A stretch of 50,095 bases of DNA from IMG/VR virus record IMGVR_UViG_646564533_000009; one strand, written 5' to 3'. The notes below the pieces were generated by a model, which was given only the letters and a program-made list of their open reading frames with translations, was not told the DNA's origin and did not search any database. This stretch comes from a virus. Lineage: Duplodnaviria; Heunggongvirae; Uroviricota; Caudoviricetes. The position numbers and the translations under genes are program-made. Of this stretch, positions 30,111 to 38,965 are shown in pieces; the first letter of the stretch is position 1, and each line of letters begins with the position of its first letter.

Positions 30111-30433
30111 CGGCATTACTGACACTGGAAGAGATCAAGGCACATCTGCGTGTTGACCATGACGCGGATGATGACATGCTGATGGACAAGGTTCGTCAGG
30201 CTACCGCCGTGCTGCTGGCCTACATTCAGGGCAGCCGGGATAAAGTGATTAGTGAGGACGGTGAGCTGATCCCGGGCGAGGCATTAACCCGGATGAAGGG
30301 GGCTGCCATGCGACTGACCGGGATGCTGTACCGGAATCCGGATCTTGCTGAGCGGGAAGACCTCGTGCAGGGGGAACTGCCGTTTTCTGTGTCCGTGCTG
30401 ATTTACGATTTGCGTTGTCCGACGGTGTTATGA
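30107..30433 (+). CDS. Head-tail connector (gp6-like DNA-packaging protein)
   Basis: 108-aa ORF in the head-tail joining position. Confidence 0.7.
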   Translation: MTALLTLEEIKAHLRVDHDADDDMLMDKVRQATAVLLAYIQGSRDKVISEDGELIPGEALTRMKGAAMRLTGMLYRNPDLAEREDLVQGELPFSVSVLIYDLRCPTVL

Positions 30434-30443
30434 GGAGGGAGGA

Positions 30444-30794
30444 ATGGCAATATCTGCAGGTCGTCTGACACAGATGATAAGTGTTCTGAAGCCGGTGTTA
30501 ACCCGTAATGCTGCCGGAGAAATGACAGAAGAATGGGTGTCATGCGGGAAAATTCATGCGGATATCCGTGGCAGGAGCAGCCGGGAGCGGATGCAGTCCG
30601 GTGCGGAAATGGCGCAGGCGGAAATCCGCATCTGGGTGCGCGGTCAGTCCGGCCGGGAAATCACGGCAGCGTCACGACTTCATGTGCTGAGTGGTCCATG
30701 GCGTGACCGGATCCTGAACGTTGTCGGGCTGCCCGTGCCGGATGCGACCGGCGGGCGTCTGGAAATTCTCTGTCGGCTGGGAGGGGAAAAATGA
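30444..30794 (+). CDS. Head closure / head-tail adaptor protein
   Basis: 116-aa ORF, second of the head-tail joining genes. Confidence 0.7.
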   Translation: MAISAGRLTQMISVLKPVLTRNAAGEMTEEWVSCGKIHADIRGRSSRERMQSGAEMAQAEIRIWVRGQSGREITAASRLHVLSGPWRDRILNVVGLPVPDATGGRLEILCRLGGEK

Positions 30795-31237
30795 TCGAAA
30801 CCCTGCTGGATTTTTCGGGGCTGGAGGACATCAGCCGCGATTTGCAGCTTCTGAGTGGTGCGGAAAATAACCGGGTGCTGCGTGAGGCAACCCGTGCGGG
30901 TGCGAATGTGCTGAAAGAAGAAGTGGTGTCACGGGCACCGGTACGCAGGGGAAAACTGCGCCGCAATGTGGTGGTCCTTTCCCGGCGCTCCCGCGATGGC
31001 GGGATGGAATCCGGTGTCCATATCCGTGGTGTTAATCCGGACACCGGTAACAGCGATAACACCATGAAGGCGGATAACCCGCGCAACGCTTTCTACTGGC
31101 GGTTTGTGGAAATGGGGACCGTGAATATGCCACCGCACCCGTTTGTGCGCCCGGCGTTTGATGTGCGCAGTGAACAGGCAGCTCAGGTGGCGATTGCGCG
31201 GATGAACCGGGCCATTGATGAGATACTGAGACGATGA
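30791..31237 (+). CDS. HK97 gp10-like tail component
   Basis: 148-aa, overlapping starts and stops with neighbours. Confidence 0.7.
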   Translation: MIETLLDFSGLEDISRDLQLLSGAENNRVLREATRAGANVLKEEVVSRAPVRRGKLRRNVVVLSRRSRDGGMESGVHIRGVNPDTGNSDNTMKADNPRNAFYWRFVEMGTVNMPPHPFVRPAFDVRSEQAAQVAIARMNRAIDEILRR

Positions 31238-31578
31238 CGGAGGTGGATTTGTATCCTTATCTGGCGCATCTTGCCGGCGGGCAGGTGTACCCGTATGTGG
31301 TCCCCCTGCTGGATGGCAGGCCGTCGGTGGCGCTTCCGTGGGTGGTTTTCAGCCTGATTTCATCGGTGTCGGCGGACGTGATGGGCGGGCAGGCGGAGTC
31401 CTCAGTGTCGGTGCAGATAGACGTTTATGCCGGGACTGTGACGCAGGCGCGTCAGATACGTCAGGACGCCCGTGAAGCCATAATGCTGCTGGCCCCGGGA
31501 TCCGTCAGTGAAATGCAGGACTATATTCCGGAAAACCGCTGTTACCGTGCAACCCTGGAGTTTCAGGTCACGGTGTGA
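31234..31578 (+). CDS. Tail completion protein (DUF3168-like)
   Basis: 114-aa ORF immediately before the major tail gene. Confidence 0.65.
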   Translation: MTEVDLYPYLAHLAGGQVYPYVVPLLDGRPSVALPWVVFSLISSVSADVMGGQAESSVSVQIDVYAGTVTQARQIRQDAREAIMLLAPGSVSEMQDYIPENRCYRATLEFQVTV

Positions 31579-31644
31579 CTTTTTCTTTTTTTCTACAAAA
31601 CCCATACCCCGCCGCGTGCGGGTTTTTTATTATCAGGAGGCAGA

Positions 31645-32361
31645 ATGTCTGCTTTGTATGAACGCTCACAGCTGACGCAGGTGATGATTTCATCTGCCCC
31701 GGCGACTGCTGAAACTATGGATAAGGCGGAATATCTGCGCCTGGACTGCACCATCAAGGAAGTCCAGTTCACCGCCGGTCAGAAACAGGATATTGATGTG
31801 ACCACGCTCTGCTCCACAGAGCAGGAGAACATCAACGGTCTGGGGGCGTCGTCCGAGATTTCCATGTCGGGTAATTTTTATCTGAATCAGGCCCAGAACG
31901 CCCTGCGTGATGCCTATGACAATGACACGGTGTATGCGTTTAAGGTGCAGTTTCCGTCCGGTAAGGGCTTTAAGTTCCTGGCGGAAGTGCGTCAGCACAC
32001 CTGGTCATCCGGTACCAACGGCGTGGTGGCTGCAACGTTTTCACTTCGCCTGAAGGGTAAACCGGTGTCCTATGTGGTACCGCTGGCGTTTGTGAAAAAT
32101 CCGGAGAAGACACTTACCATGAATACCGGTGCGCTGCTGACAATGTCAGTCAGTGTCAACGGGGGAACGCCGCCTTATAAACACGCCTGGAAGAAGGATG
32201 GTCAGCCGGTAGAGGGACAGACTACTGACACTTTCAGTAAAGCCAATACGCAGTCAGGTGATAAGGGGGCTTATACCTGCGAGGTAACGGATTCTGCAGA
32301 ACAGCCGCAGAGCATTACCTCTGATGCGTGTACAGTAACGGTTAATGGTGCGGGCGGATAA
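31645..32361 (+). CDS. Major tail protein with C-terminal Ig-like domain
   Basis: 238-aa; C-terminal …LTMSVSVNGGTPPYKHAWKKDGQPV…YTCEVTDSA…CTVTV is an Ig-like pattern; followed by G/GT and the tape measure. Confidence 0.8.
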   Translation: MSALYERSQLTQVMISSAPATAETMDKAEYLRLDCTIKEVQFTAGQKQDIDVTTLCSTEQENINGLGASSEISMSGNFYLNQAQNALRDAYDNDTVYAFKVQFPSGKGFKFLAEVRQHTWSSGTNGVVAATFSLRLKGKPVSYVVPLAFVKNPEKTLTMNTGALLTMSVSVNGGTPPYKHAWKKDGQPVEGQTTDTFSKANTQSGDKGAYTCEVTDSAEQPQSITSDACTVTVNGAGG

Positions 32362-32366
32362 GGCTT

Positions 32367-32741
32367 ATGGCAAAAGATCTGAAAACACTGGCGCTGGCCA
32401 GACTGTCGGGGTTCCGTCATAAAACGGTGAAGGTGCCAGAATGGAGAAATGTCAGCGTGGTGCTGCGGGAGCCTTCGGCAGAGGCCTGGTATCTGTGGCA
32501 GGAAGTGCTCAATGGTGATGGAGAGGATGACGATACCCTGTCGGTGGTGGCGAAAACCCGCCGTAACCTGGAAGCGGATGTGACGCTGTTCTGCGATGTC
32601 CTGTGTGATATTGACCTGCAACGGGTGTTCACTCCGGACGACCGTGAGCAGGTGCTGGCCGTCTATGGTCCGGTACATGCCCGGTTGCTGCGTCAGGCAC
32701 TGGAACTGATCGCTGATGCAGAGTCGGCCAGAAAAAAGTAG
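32367..32741 (+). CDS. Tail assembly chaperone G
   Basis: 124-aa acidic protein before the tape measure; ends at an A AAA AAG slippery site. Confidence 0.8.
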   Translation: MAKDLKTLALARLSGFRHKTVKVPEWRNVSVVLREPSAEAWYLWQEVLNGDGEDDDTLSVVAKTRRNLEADVTLFCDVLCDIDLQRVFTPDDREQVLAVYGPVHARLLRQALELIADAESARKK

Positions 32742-33046
32742 CCCGCCCGGAAATTCGCTTTCTGATGCGACTTGCGCTCCGTCTGGGGCGCACCTTATCC
32801 GAACTGCGGCACAGCCTGAGTGCGAGCGAGGCGATGATGTGGATGGAGTTTGACAGGGTGTCCCCGCTGGGTGATGAGCGCGGGGATATCCGTAATGCAC
32901 AGATCGTGAAAGCGGTTTTCGGGGCACAGGGGATGAATGTTGCACTGAAGGACGCCATGCTCTGCTGGGGCGAGGATGAGGATAAGCCGGAGGTGGATCC
33001 GTTTGCGGCGCTGGAAGACGCGCTGAGCCTTGCAGCAATGTCATAA
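32367..33046 (+). CDS. Tail assembly chaperone GT (programmed -1 frameshift product)
   Basis: Slippery heptamer A AAA AAG at about 32733-32739; -1 frame continues to 33046 (…KKVARPEIRFLMRLALRLG…). Confidence 0.65.
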
Positions 33047-33097
33047 ATAATGATGAAAACCTGCTGTGGCAGGTTTTTTTTGCCCGGAGAAAGGTGA

Positions 33098-36000
33098 ATG
33101 GCGACGTTACGTGAACTGATTATCAAAATTTCGGCAAATTCACAGTCATTCCAGTCGGAGATCCAGCGGGCGTCCCGTATGGGCAGTGAATATTACCGGA
33201 CCCTGCAGAATGGCGGGCGTCAGGCCGCTGCGGCAGCCCGGGAGCAGCGACGTGCCCTGGCAGAACTGAACAGCCAGTTGACGGAAATTCGCGGTTCTGC
33301 TGTCGGAATGGCTGGCGCATTTGCCGGTGCCTTTGCCACCGGACACCTGATTTCACTGGCTGATGAGTGGAGTTCCGTGAATGCCCGTCTGAAACAGGCG
33401 TCGCAGTCATCTGATGAATTTTCGTCATCACAGAAAGTGCTGATGGATATCAGCCAGCGGACAGGCACGGCATTTTCGGATAATGCGGCCCTGTTTGCCC
33501 GTTCGGCTGCCTCGATGCGTGAATATGGTTACAGTGCCGGTGATGTACTGAAGGTGACGGAGGCCATTTCGACAGGGCTGAAAATATCCGGTGCCAGTAC
33601 GGCAGAGGCGGGCTCGGTGATCACCCAGTTCAGCCAGGCGCTGGCACAGGGTGTGTTACGGGGTGAGGAATTTAATTCGGTCAATGAAAGCGGAGACCGG
33701 ATCATACGTGCACTGGCTGCGGGTATGGGCGTGGCCCGTAAAGACCTTAAGGCGATGGCGGACGACGGCAAACTGACGGCGGATAAAGTCGTTCCTGCGT
33801 TAATCAGCCAGCTGGGGGTATTGCGTGATGAATATGCCGCCATGCCGGAAACGGTCTCTGACGGGATCACAAAGGTGGAAAACGCCTTTATGGCCTGGGT
33901 GGGTGGCGCGAATGAAGCCAGCGGAGCGACGAAAACGCTCTCCGGCGTGCTGAACGGTGTTGCCGGACAGATTGATAATGTGGCAACAGCCGCGGGGGCG
34001 CTGGTTGCCGTCGGGGTGGCCCGGTACTTTGGCAATATGGCCGCAGGCGTGGGAAAGGTCACCACAGAGCTGATCGCGGCGAAGTCCGGGACGGTTGCCC
34101 TTGCAGCCGCACAGGCAGATGCGGCTGTTCAGGTGCAGCGTAAGGCGGCAGCTGACGCGCTGGCGGCAGAACGTGCCTGGCAACTGGCACAGGCTGAACT
34201 TGCACTGGCCAGAAATAGCAGTGCAGAGGCGCTGGCCACACAGAATGCCGTCGCAAAACGCCGGGCCATGATTGTGGCCAATGCCGCACTGGTACAGTCG
34301 AATCAGGCGGTGGCGGCCTCGAGGAAGGCGCTGGAGAATGCCACGTCGGTTACGGGAATGCTGAAAAGTGGCGCGGCATCCCTGCTTTCGCTTGTCGGCG
34401 GGATATCCGGTTTACTGATGCTGGGAGCCGGTGCCTGGTACACGGTGTACCAGAATCAGGAACAGGCCAGGGAGTCCGCCCGTCAGTATGCATCGACGAT
34501 TGATGAAATCCGGGCAAAGGTACCGGGAATGACCCTTCCGGAACTGGCTGATAATGAGGGTAAAACTCGCGAGGCACTGGAAGAGCAGAATCGTCTGATT
34601 GCTGAGCAGGAAAGTAAAGTCCGGGGACTGAAAACACAGATTGCTGACTATCAGCGCTGGCTGCAGGAAAATCCACAGGGTGGTTCAGGTGTGGAGATTA
34701 TAACCCATGGCCTTGCGGAGGCAACTGGCAAACTGGCGGTTGAACAGTCACGACTGACACAGATGCAGGAAAAGGCGAAGTCTGTACAGGAAGCTCTGGC
34801 GTCACTGGAATACAACCGTGTGGCGAGGATACGCGAGGAGGCAGCAGAGCAGAACAGAGCATACCAGGCATTGCTGCAGATGAATGTTCAGCATACGGAA
34901 TTTAACCGTCTGCTGGGGCTGGGGAATGAACTGCTTCAGCAGCGGCAGGGACTGGTGAATGTGCCGTTACGGCTGCCACAGGCCACCCTGGATGATAAAC
35001 AGCAGAGTGCCCTGACAAAAACAGAGCGTGAGCTGGCCCTGTCCAGACTGAAAGGGGAAGAAAAAGAGCGTGTCCGGCTGGGATATGCGGCGGATGACCT
35101 CGGTTTTGTGGGTGATCCGTATCAGGAGGCGAGACAACGTTATATCAGTAATGCCCTGGAAGCCTGGCGCAATAACGAGGCGAATAAACCCAAATCCCGG
35201 GGTGGAAAATCAGAGACGGAAAAAGCGGAAGACAGTTTTTCCCGGCTGCTGAAGCAGCAGAAAGAGCAACTGGCACTGGCGGGTCAGTATACAGAGCTGG
35301 CGAAGCTGAAGTACCAGACTGCGCAGGGCGAACTGAAAACCCTGACGGAGATGCAGAAGCAGGAACTGCTGCGTAACGCGACCCTGATTGACCAGCAAAA
35401 AATCCGGGAACAGTTGCGATCCCGGGAAGAGACACTGAAGAATGAGAATGCGGCTGCGCGTGCGTCGAATGATGCTGAACTGCTGGGGTACGGGCAGGGG
35501 GAACGAGCCAGAGAACGCATGCGGGAGTTGCAGCAGATCCGCGACAGCTTCCGCCAGAAGGATGCGGACCTTCAGTCTCAGTATCAGACCGGGGATAACA
35601 GTGAGGATTTTTACAGACAGGCGCTGGCGCAGAATGCACAGTATCTGAGTGAACGTCTGAAAGAGCAGGAAGCCTTTTATGCCGAATCGGATGTGCAGCG
35701 TGCGGACTGGCAGAAAGGGCTGCAGGAGGGATTCAGTAACTGGGTGGATAATGCGTCCGATTACGCCTCACAGGCAGCACAGCTTGCGACGGAGGGTATC
35801 TCAGGGATGGTGAATAACATCACGGAGATGCTGAACGGAAATAAAGTGGAATGGCGCAGCTGGGCCTCATCAGTGCTGCAGGAAATATCAAAAGTTCTTA
35901 TGAATGCCGCGATTGTCAACGGGATCAAGACGGCGGCAAACGGTATGTCCGGTGCAGGAGGATTTCTTGGCAGCATTGGTGACTGGCTGGGCGGTGCGGT

Positions 36001-36364
36001 GGTCAATGCAAAAGGCGGCGTGTATACCTCGGCAAACCTGAGCGCGTACAGCAACAGCATTGTGGACACGCCCACGTACTTTGCGTTTGCAAAAGGGGCC
36101 GGGCTGATGGGGGAAGCCGGACCTGAAGCCATTATGCCCCTGACCCGGGCGGCGGATGGCTCGCTGGGCGTACGCGCCGTGGGCAGTATGAACGGCAGTG
36201 CTGGTCTGGTGTATTCCCCGGTCTACCACATCGCCATTCAGAATGACGGGGCTAACGGACAGATAGGGCCGGAGGCGGCAGGCAGTCTTGTGCAGCTGAT
36301 TGACCAGCGGGTGCAGGCGGTGATGCTGTCCATGCGACGTGACGGAGGAATGCTGAGTGGCTGA
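33098..36364 (+). CDS. Tail tape measure protein
   Basis: 1088-aa Ala/Gln-rich coiled-coil protein in the canonical position. Confidence 0.92.
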   Translation: MATLRELIIKISANSQSFQSEIQRASRMGSEYYRTLQNGGRQAAAAAREQRRALAELNSQLTEIRGSAVGMAGAFAGAFATGHLISLADEWSSVNARLKQASQSSDEFSSSQKVLMDISQRTGTAFSDNAALFARSAASMREYGYSAGDVLKVTEAISTGLKISGASTAEAGSVITQFSQALAQGVLRGEEFNSVNESGDRIIRALAAGMGVARKDLKAMADDGKLTADKVVPALISQLGVLRDEYAAMPETVSDGITKVENAFMAWVGGANEASGATKTLSGVLNGVAGQIDNVATAAGALVAVGVARYFGNMAAGVGKVTTELIAAKSGTVALAAAQADAAVQVQRKAAADALAAERAWQLAQAELALARNSSAEALATQNAVAKRRAMIVANAALVQSNQAVAASRKALENATSVTGMLKSGAASLLSLVGGISGLLMLGAGAWYTVYQNQEQARESARQYASTIDEIRAKVPGMTLPELADNEGKTREALEEQNRLIAEQESKVRGLKTQIADYQRWLQENPQGGSGVEIITHGLAEATGKLAVEQSRLTQMQEKAKSVQEALASLEYNRVARIREEAAEQNRAYQALLQMNVQHTEFNRLLGLGNELLQQRQGLVNVPLRLPQATLDDKQQSALTKTERELALSRLKGEEKERVRLGYAADDLGFVGDPYQEARQRYISNALEAWRNNEANKPKSRGGKSETEKAEDSFSRLLKQQKEQLALAGQYTELAKLKYQTAQGELKTLTEMQKQELLRNATLIDQQKIREQLRSREETLKNENAAARASNDAELLGYGQGERARERMRELQQIRDSFRQKDADLQSQYQTGDNSEDFYRQALAQNAQYLSERLKEQEAFYAESDVQRADWQKGLQEGFSNWVDNASDYASQAAQLATEGISGMVNNITEMLNGNKVEWRSWASSVLQEISKVLMNAAIVNGIKTAANGMSGAGGFLGSIGDWLGGAVVNAKGGVYTSANLSAYSNSIVDTPTYFAFAKGAGLMGEAGPEAIMPLTRAADGSLGVRAVGSMNGSAGLVYSPVYHIAIQNDGANGQIGPEAAGSLVQLIDQRVQAVMLSMRRDGGMLSG

Positions 36365-36698
36365 GATAAAAACGCTGCATCTGGTCCCGCGTGAAGGGAT
36401 GCAGGTGAGTGAGAAGCCGTCGGTGGTGAGGGTGCGGTTTGGTGACGGTTATGAACAGCGCCGCCCCACAGGGCTGAATCCTCAACTGAAGACGTTTCAG
36501 GCGGTGTTCCGGGTGACGGATGAGTCAACCCGGCGCTGGCTGGATGAATTTTTATCCTGGCATGGTGGTTACCGTGCCTTTTTGTGGCGACCGCCGAAAC
36601 ATAACCGGACGGTGAGGGTGGTGTGCCGGGAGTGGAGCGTCACGGATAACGCCCGGTACAGTGATTTCAGCTGTACGATTGAGCAGGTGGTGAACTGA
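36357..36698 (+). CDS. Minor tail protein M
   Basis: 113-aa ORF after the tape measure, lambda gpM-like position. Confidence 0.85.
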   Translation: MAEIKTLHLVPREGMQVSEKPSVVRVRFGDGYEQRRPTGLNPQLKTFQAVFRVTDESTRRWLDEFLSWHGGYRAFLWRPPKHNRTVRVVCREWSVTDNARYSDFSCTIEQVVN

Positions 36699-37396
36699 TG
36701 CAGAATATTCATGAAGAAAGCCTGAACGAGTCGGTTAAATCAGAGCAGTCACCGCGGGTGGTGCTCTGGGAAATTGACCTGACGGTGCAGGGCGGTGAGC
36801 GGTATTTTTTCTGTAATGAGCTGAATGAAAAAGGGGAGCCGGTGACCTGGCAGGGGCGTGAATATCAGGCGTACCCGATTGAGGGCAGCGGCTTTGAGAT
36901 GAACGGAAAGGGCAGCAGTGCCCGCCCGTCGCTGACGGTGTCCAATCTTTTCGGCCTTGTCACCGGGATGGCGGAGGATTTGCAGAGCCTGGTGGGGGCC
37001 ACGGTGGTCCGCCGCCGGGTGTATGCCCGTTTTCTGGATGCGGTGAATTTTGTGGCAGGCAATCCTGAGGCAGACCCTGAGCAGGAGCTGACGGACCGGT
37101 GGGTGGTGGAGCAGATGTCATCGCTGACGGCCATGACGGCCTCGTTTGTGCTGGCGACACCGACGGAGACGGACGGGGCGCTGTTTCCCGGTCGCATCAT
37201 GCTGGCGAACACCTGTATGTGGGATTACCGGGGCGATGAATGCGGGTATAACGGTCCGGCAGTGGCGGATGAGTTCGACAACCCCACCACGGATATCCGG
37301 AAGGACAGATGCAGTAAATGCATGCGCGGGTGTGAGATGCGCGGCATGGCGGTCAATTTTGGCGGTTTCCTTTCCATCAATAAACTTTCGCAGTAA
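36698..37396 (+). CDS. Minor tail protein L
   Basis: 232-aa; C-terminal Cys cluster (…CMWDYRGDECGY…CSKCMRGCE…) as in lambda gpL. Confidence 0.85.
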   Translation: MQNIHEESLNESVKSEQSPRVVLWEIDLTVQGGERYFFCNELNEKGEPVTWQGREYQAYPIEGSGFEMNGKGSSARPSLTVSNLFGLVTGMAEDLQSLVGATVVRRRVYARFLDAVNFVAGNPEADPEQELTDRWVVEQMSSLTAMTASFVLATPTETDGALFPGRIMLANTCMWDYRGDECGYNGPAVADEFDNPTTDIRKDRCSKCMRGCEMRGMAVNFGGFLSINKLSQ

Positions 37397-37406
37397 ATCC
37401 TGTTTT

Positions 37407-38150
37407 ATGACACAGACTGAATCAGCGATTCTGGCGCATGCCCGGCGGTGTGCGCCTGCGGAGTCGTGCGGCTTCGTGATAAGCACGCCGGAGGGGGAAC
37501 GGTATATCCCTTGTGTGAATATCTCTGCAGAGCCGGAGGCGTATTTTCGTATCGCACCGGAAGACTGGCTGCGGGCAGAGATGCAGGGGGAGATTGTGGC
37601 ACTGGTCCACAGTCATCCCGGTGGTCTGCCCTGGCTGAGCGAGGCCGACCGGCGGCTGCAGATAAAAAGTGCACTGTTCTGGTGGCTGGTCTGCCGGGGG
37701 GAAATTCATAAATTCCGCTGTGTGCCACATCTGACAGGACGGCGCTTTGAGCACGGGGTGACGGACTGTTACACGCTGTTCCGGGATGCCTACCATCTGG
37801 CGGGAATTGATATGCCGGATTTTGAGCGTGAGGATGACTGGTGGCGCAACGGTCAGAACCTTTACCTGGACAATATGGCGGTCACAGGCTTTTACCGGGT
37901 GCCCCTGTCCTCTGCACAGGCGGGCGATATCCTGCTGTGCTGCTTTGGCGCATCGGTGGCCAATCATGCCGCCATATACTGCGGCAACGGTGAGCTGCTT
38001 CACCATCTGCCTGAACAACTGAGTAAACGGGAGAGGTATTCCGAAAAATGGCAACGACGAACGCATTCAGCCTGGCGTCACCGCCACTGGCACGTATCTG
38101 CCTTCACGGGGATTTACAACGATTTGGCCGCCGCCTCAGCCTGTATGTGA
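37407..38150 (+). CDS. Tail assembly protein K (JAB/MPN plus NlpC/P60-like)
   Basis: ATG at 37407; HSHP motif (…VALVHSHPGG…) and Cys/His peptidase-like region; overlaps the start of I. Confidence 0.8.
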   Translation: MTQTESAILAHARRCAPAESCGFVISTPEGERYIPCVNISAEPEAYFRIAPEDWLRAEMQGEIVALVHSHPGGLPWLSEADRRLQIKSALFWWLVCRGEIHKFRCVPHLTGRRFEHGVTDCYTLFRDAYHLAGIDMPDFEREDDWWRNGQNLYLDNMAVTGFYRVPLSSAQAGDILLCCFGASVANHAAIYCGNGELLHHLPEQLSKRERYSEKWQRRTHSAWRHRHWHVSAFTGIYNDLAAASACM

Positions 38151-38725
38151 ACACGGCAGCGGAAGCCATCCGTGCCCTGTCGATGCAGATGCCGGGATTC
38201 CGCCGTCAGATGAACGAAGGCTGGTACCAGATACGTATTCGCGGTGAGGACACGGCACCGGAGGCGGTGTACGCCCGTCTTCACGAACAGCTGGGTGAGG
38301 GAACGGTCATCCACATTGTGCCGCGACTGGCCGGGGCCGGAAAGGGTGGACTGCAGATTGTGCTGGGGGCGGCAGCCATCGTGGGCTCTTTCTTCACTGC
38401 CGGGGCATCAATGGCGTTATGGGGTTCAGCCCTGGCAGCCGGTGGTTTTTCTGCCACCACGATGCTGTTTTCACTGGGGGCCAGCATGATACTGGGTGGT
38501 GTGGCTCAGATGCTTGCCCCGAAGGCAAAAACACCGGATTACCGCGCAACGGATAACGGCAGACAGAACACGTACTTTTCCTCACTGGACAACATGATTG
38601 CTCAGGGGAACCCGATGCCGGTGCCTTACGGTGAAATGCTGGTTGGTTCACGACGGATATCCCAGGACATCAGCACCCGTGATGAAGGCGGAGACGGGAA
38701 AGTGGTGGTTATCGGGCGGGGATGA
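38048..38725 (+). CDS. Tail assembly protein I
   Basis: 225-aa; Gly/Ala-rich hydrophobic C-terminal region as in lambda gpI. Confidence 0.8.
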   Translation: MATTNAFSLASPPLARICLHGDLQRFGRRLSLYVNTAAEAIRALSMQMPGFRRQMNEGWYQIRIRGEDTAPEAVYARLHEQLGEGTVIHIVPRLAGAGKGGLQIVLGAAAIVGSFFTAGASMALWGSALAAGGFSATTMLFSLGASMILGGVAQMLAPKAKTPDYRATDNGRQNTYFSSLDNMIAQGNPMPVPYGEMLVGSRRISQDISTRDEGGDGKVVVIGRG

Positions 38726-38965
38726 AAATAAAAAAATCCCGCAGAGTTAGCGGAGCTGCGGGAGAGAACGATGAAGATTAACGTTATGGAGTTATTTTTC
38801 AGGCATCAAAAAAGTAATGCAGCGTCATTATTGCGGCTACAGGCAATTGCCGGAAATGTGAAGAGTTTCAGAAATTTTATTCCGTCATGACACAGGCACC
38901 CTCCGGGGTGCCTGTTGTTTTCTGGCATAAACAGATTCAGACATCAGACAGGAGAGGGGGACAGA

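Noticed and set aside
32271-33126. Minus-strand ORFs (257 aa and 165 aa) across the major tail / G / GT genes
   Set aside because: Antisense to a tightly packed, translationally coupled tail operon; compositionally biased translations.
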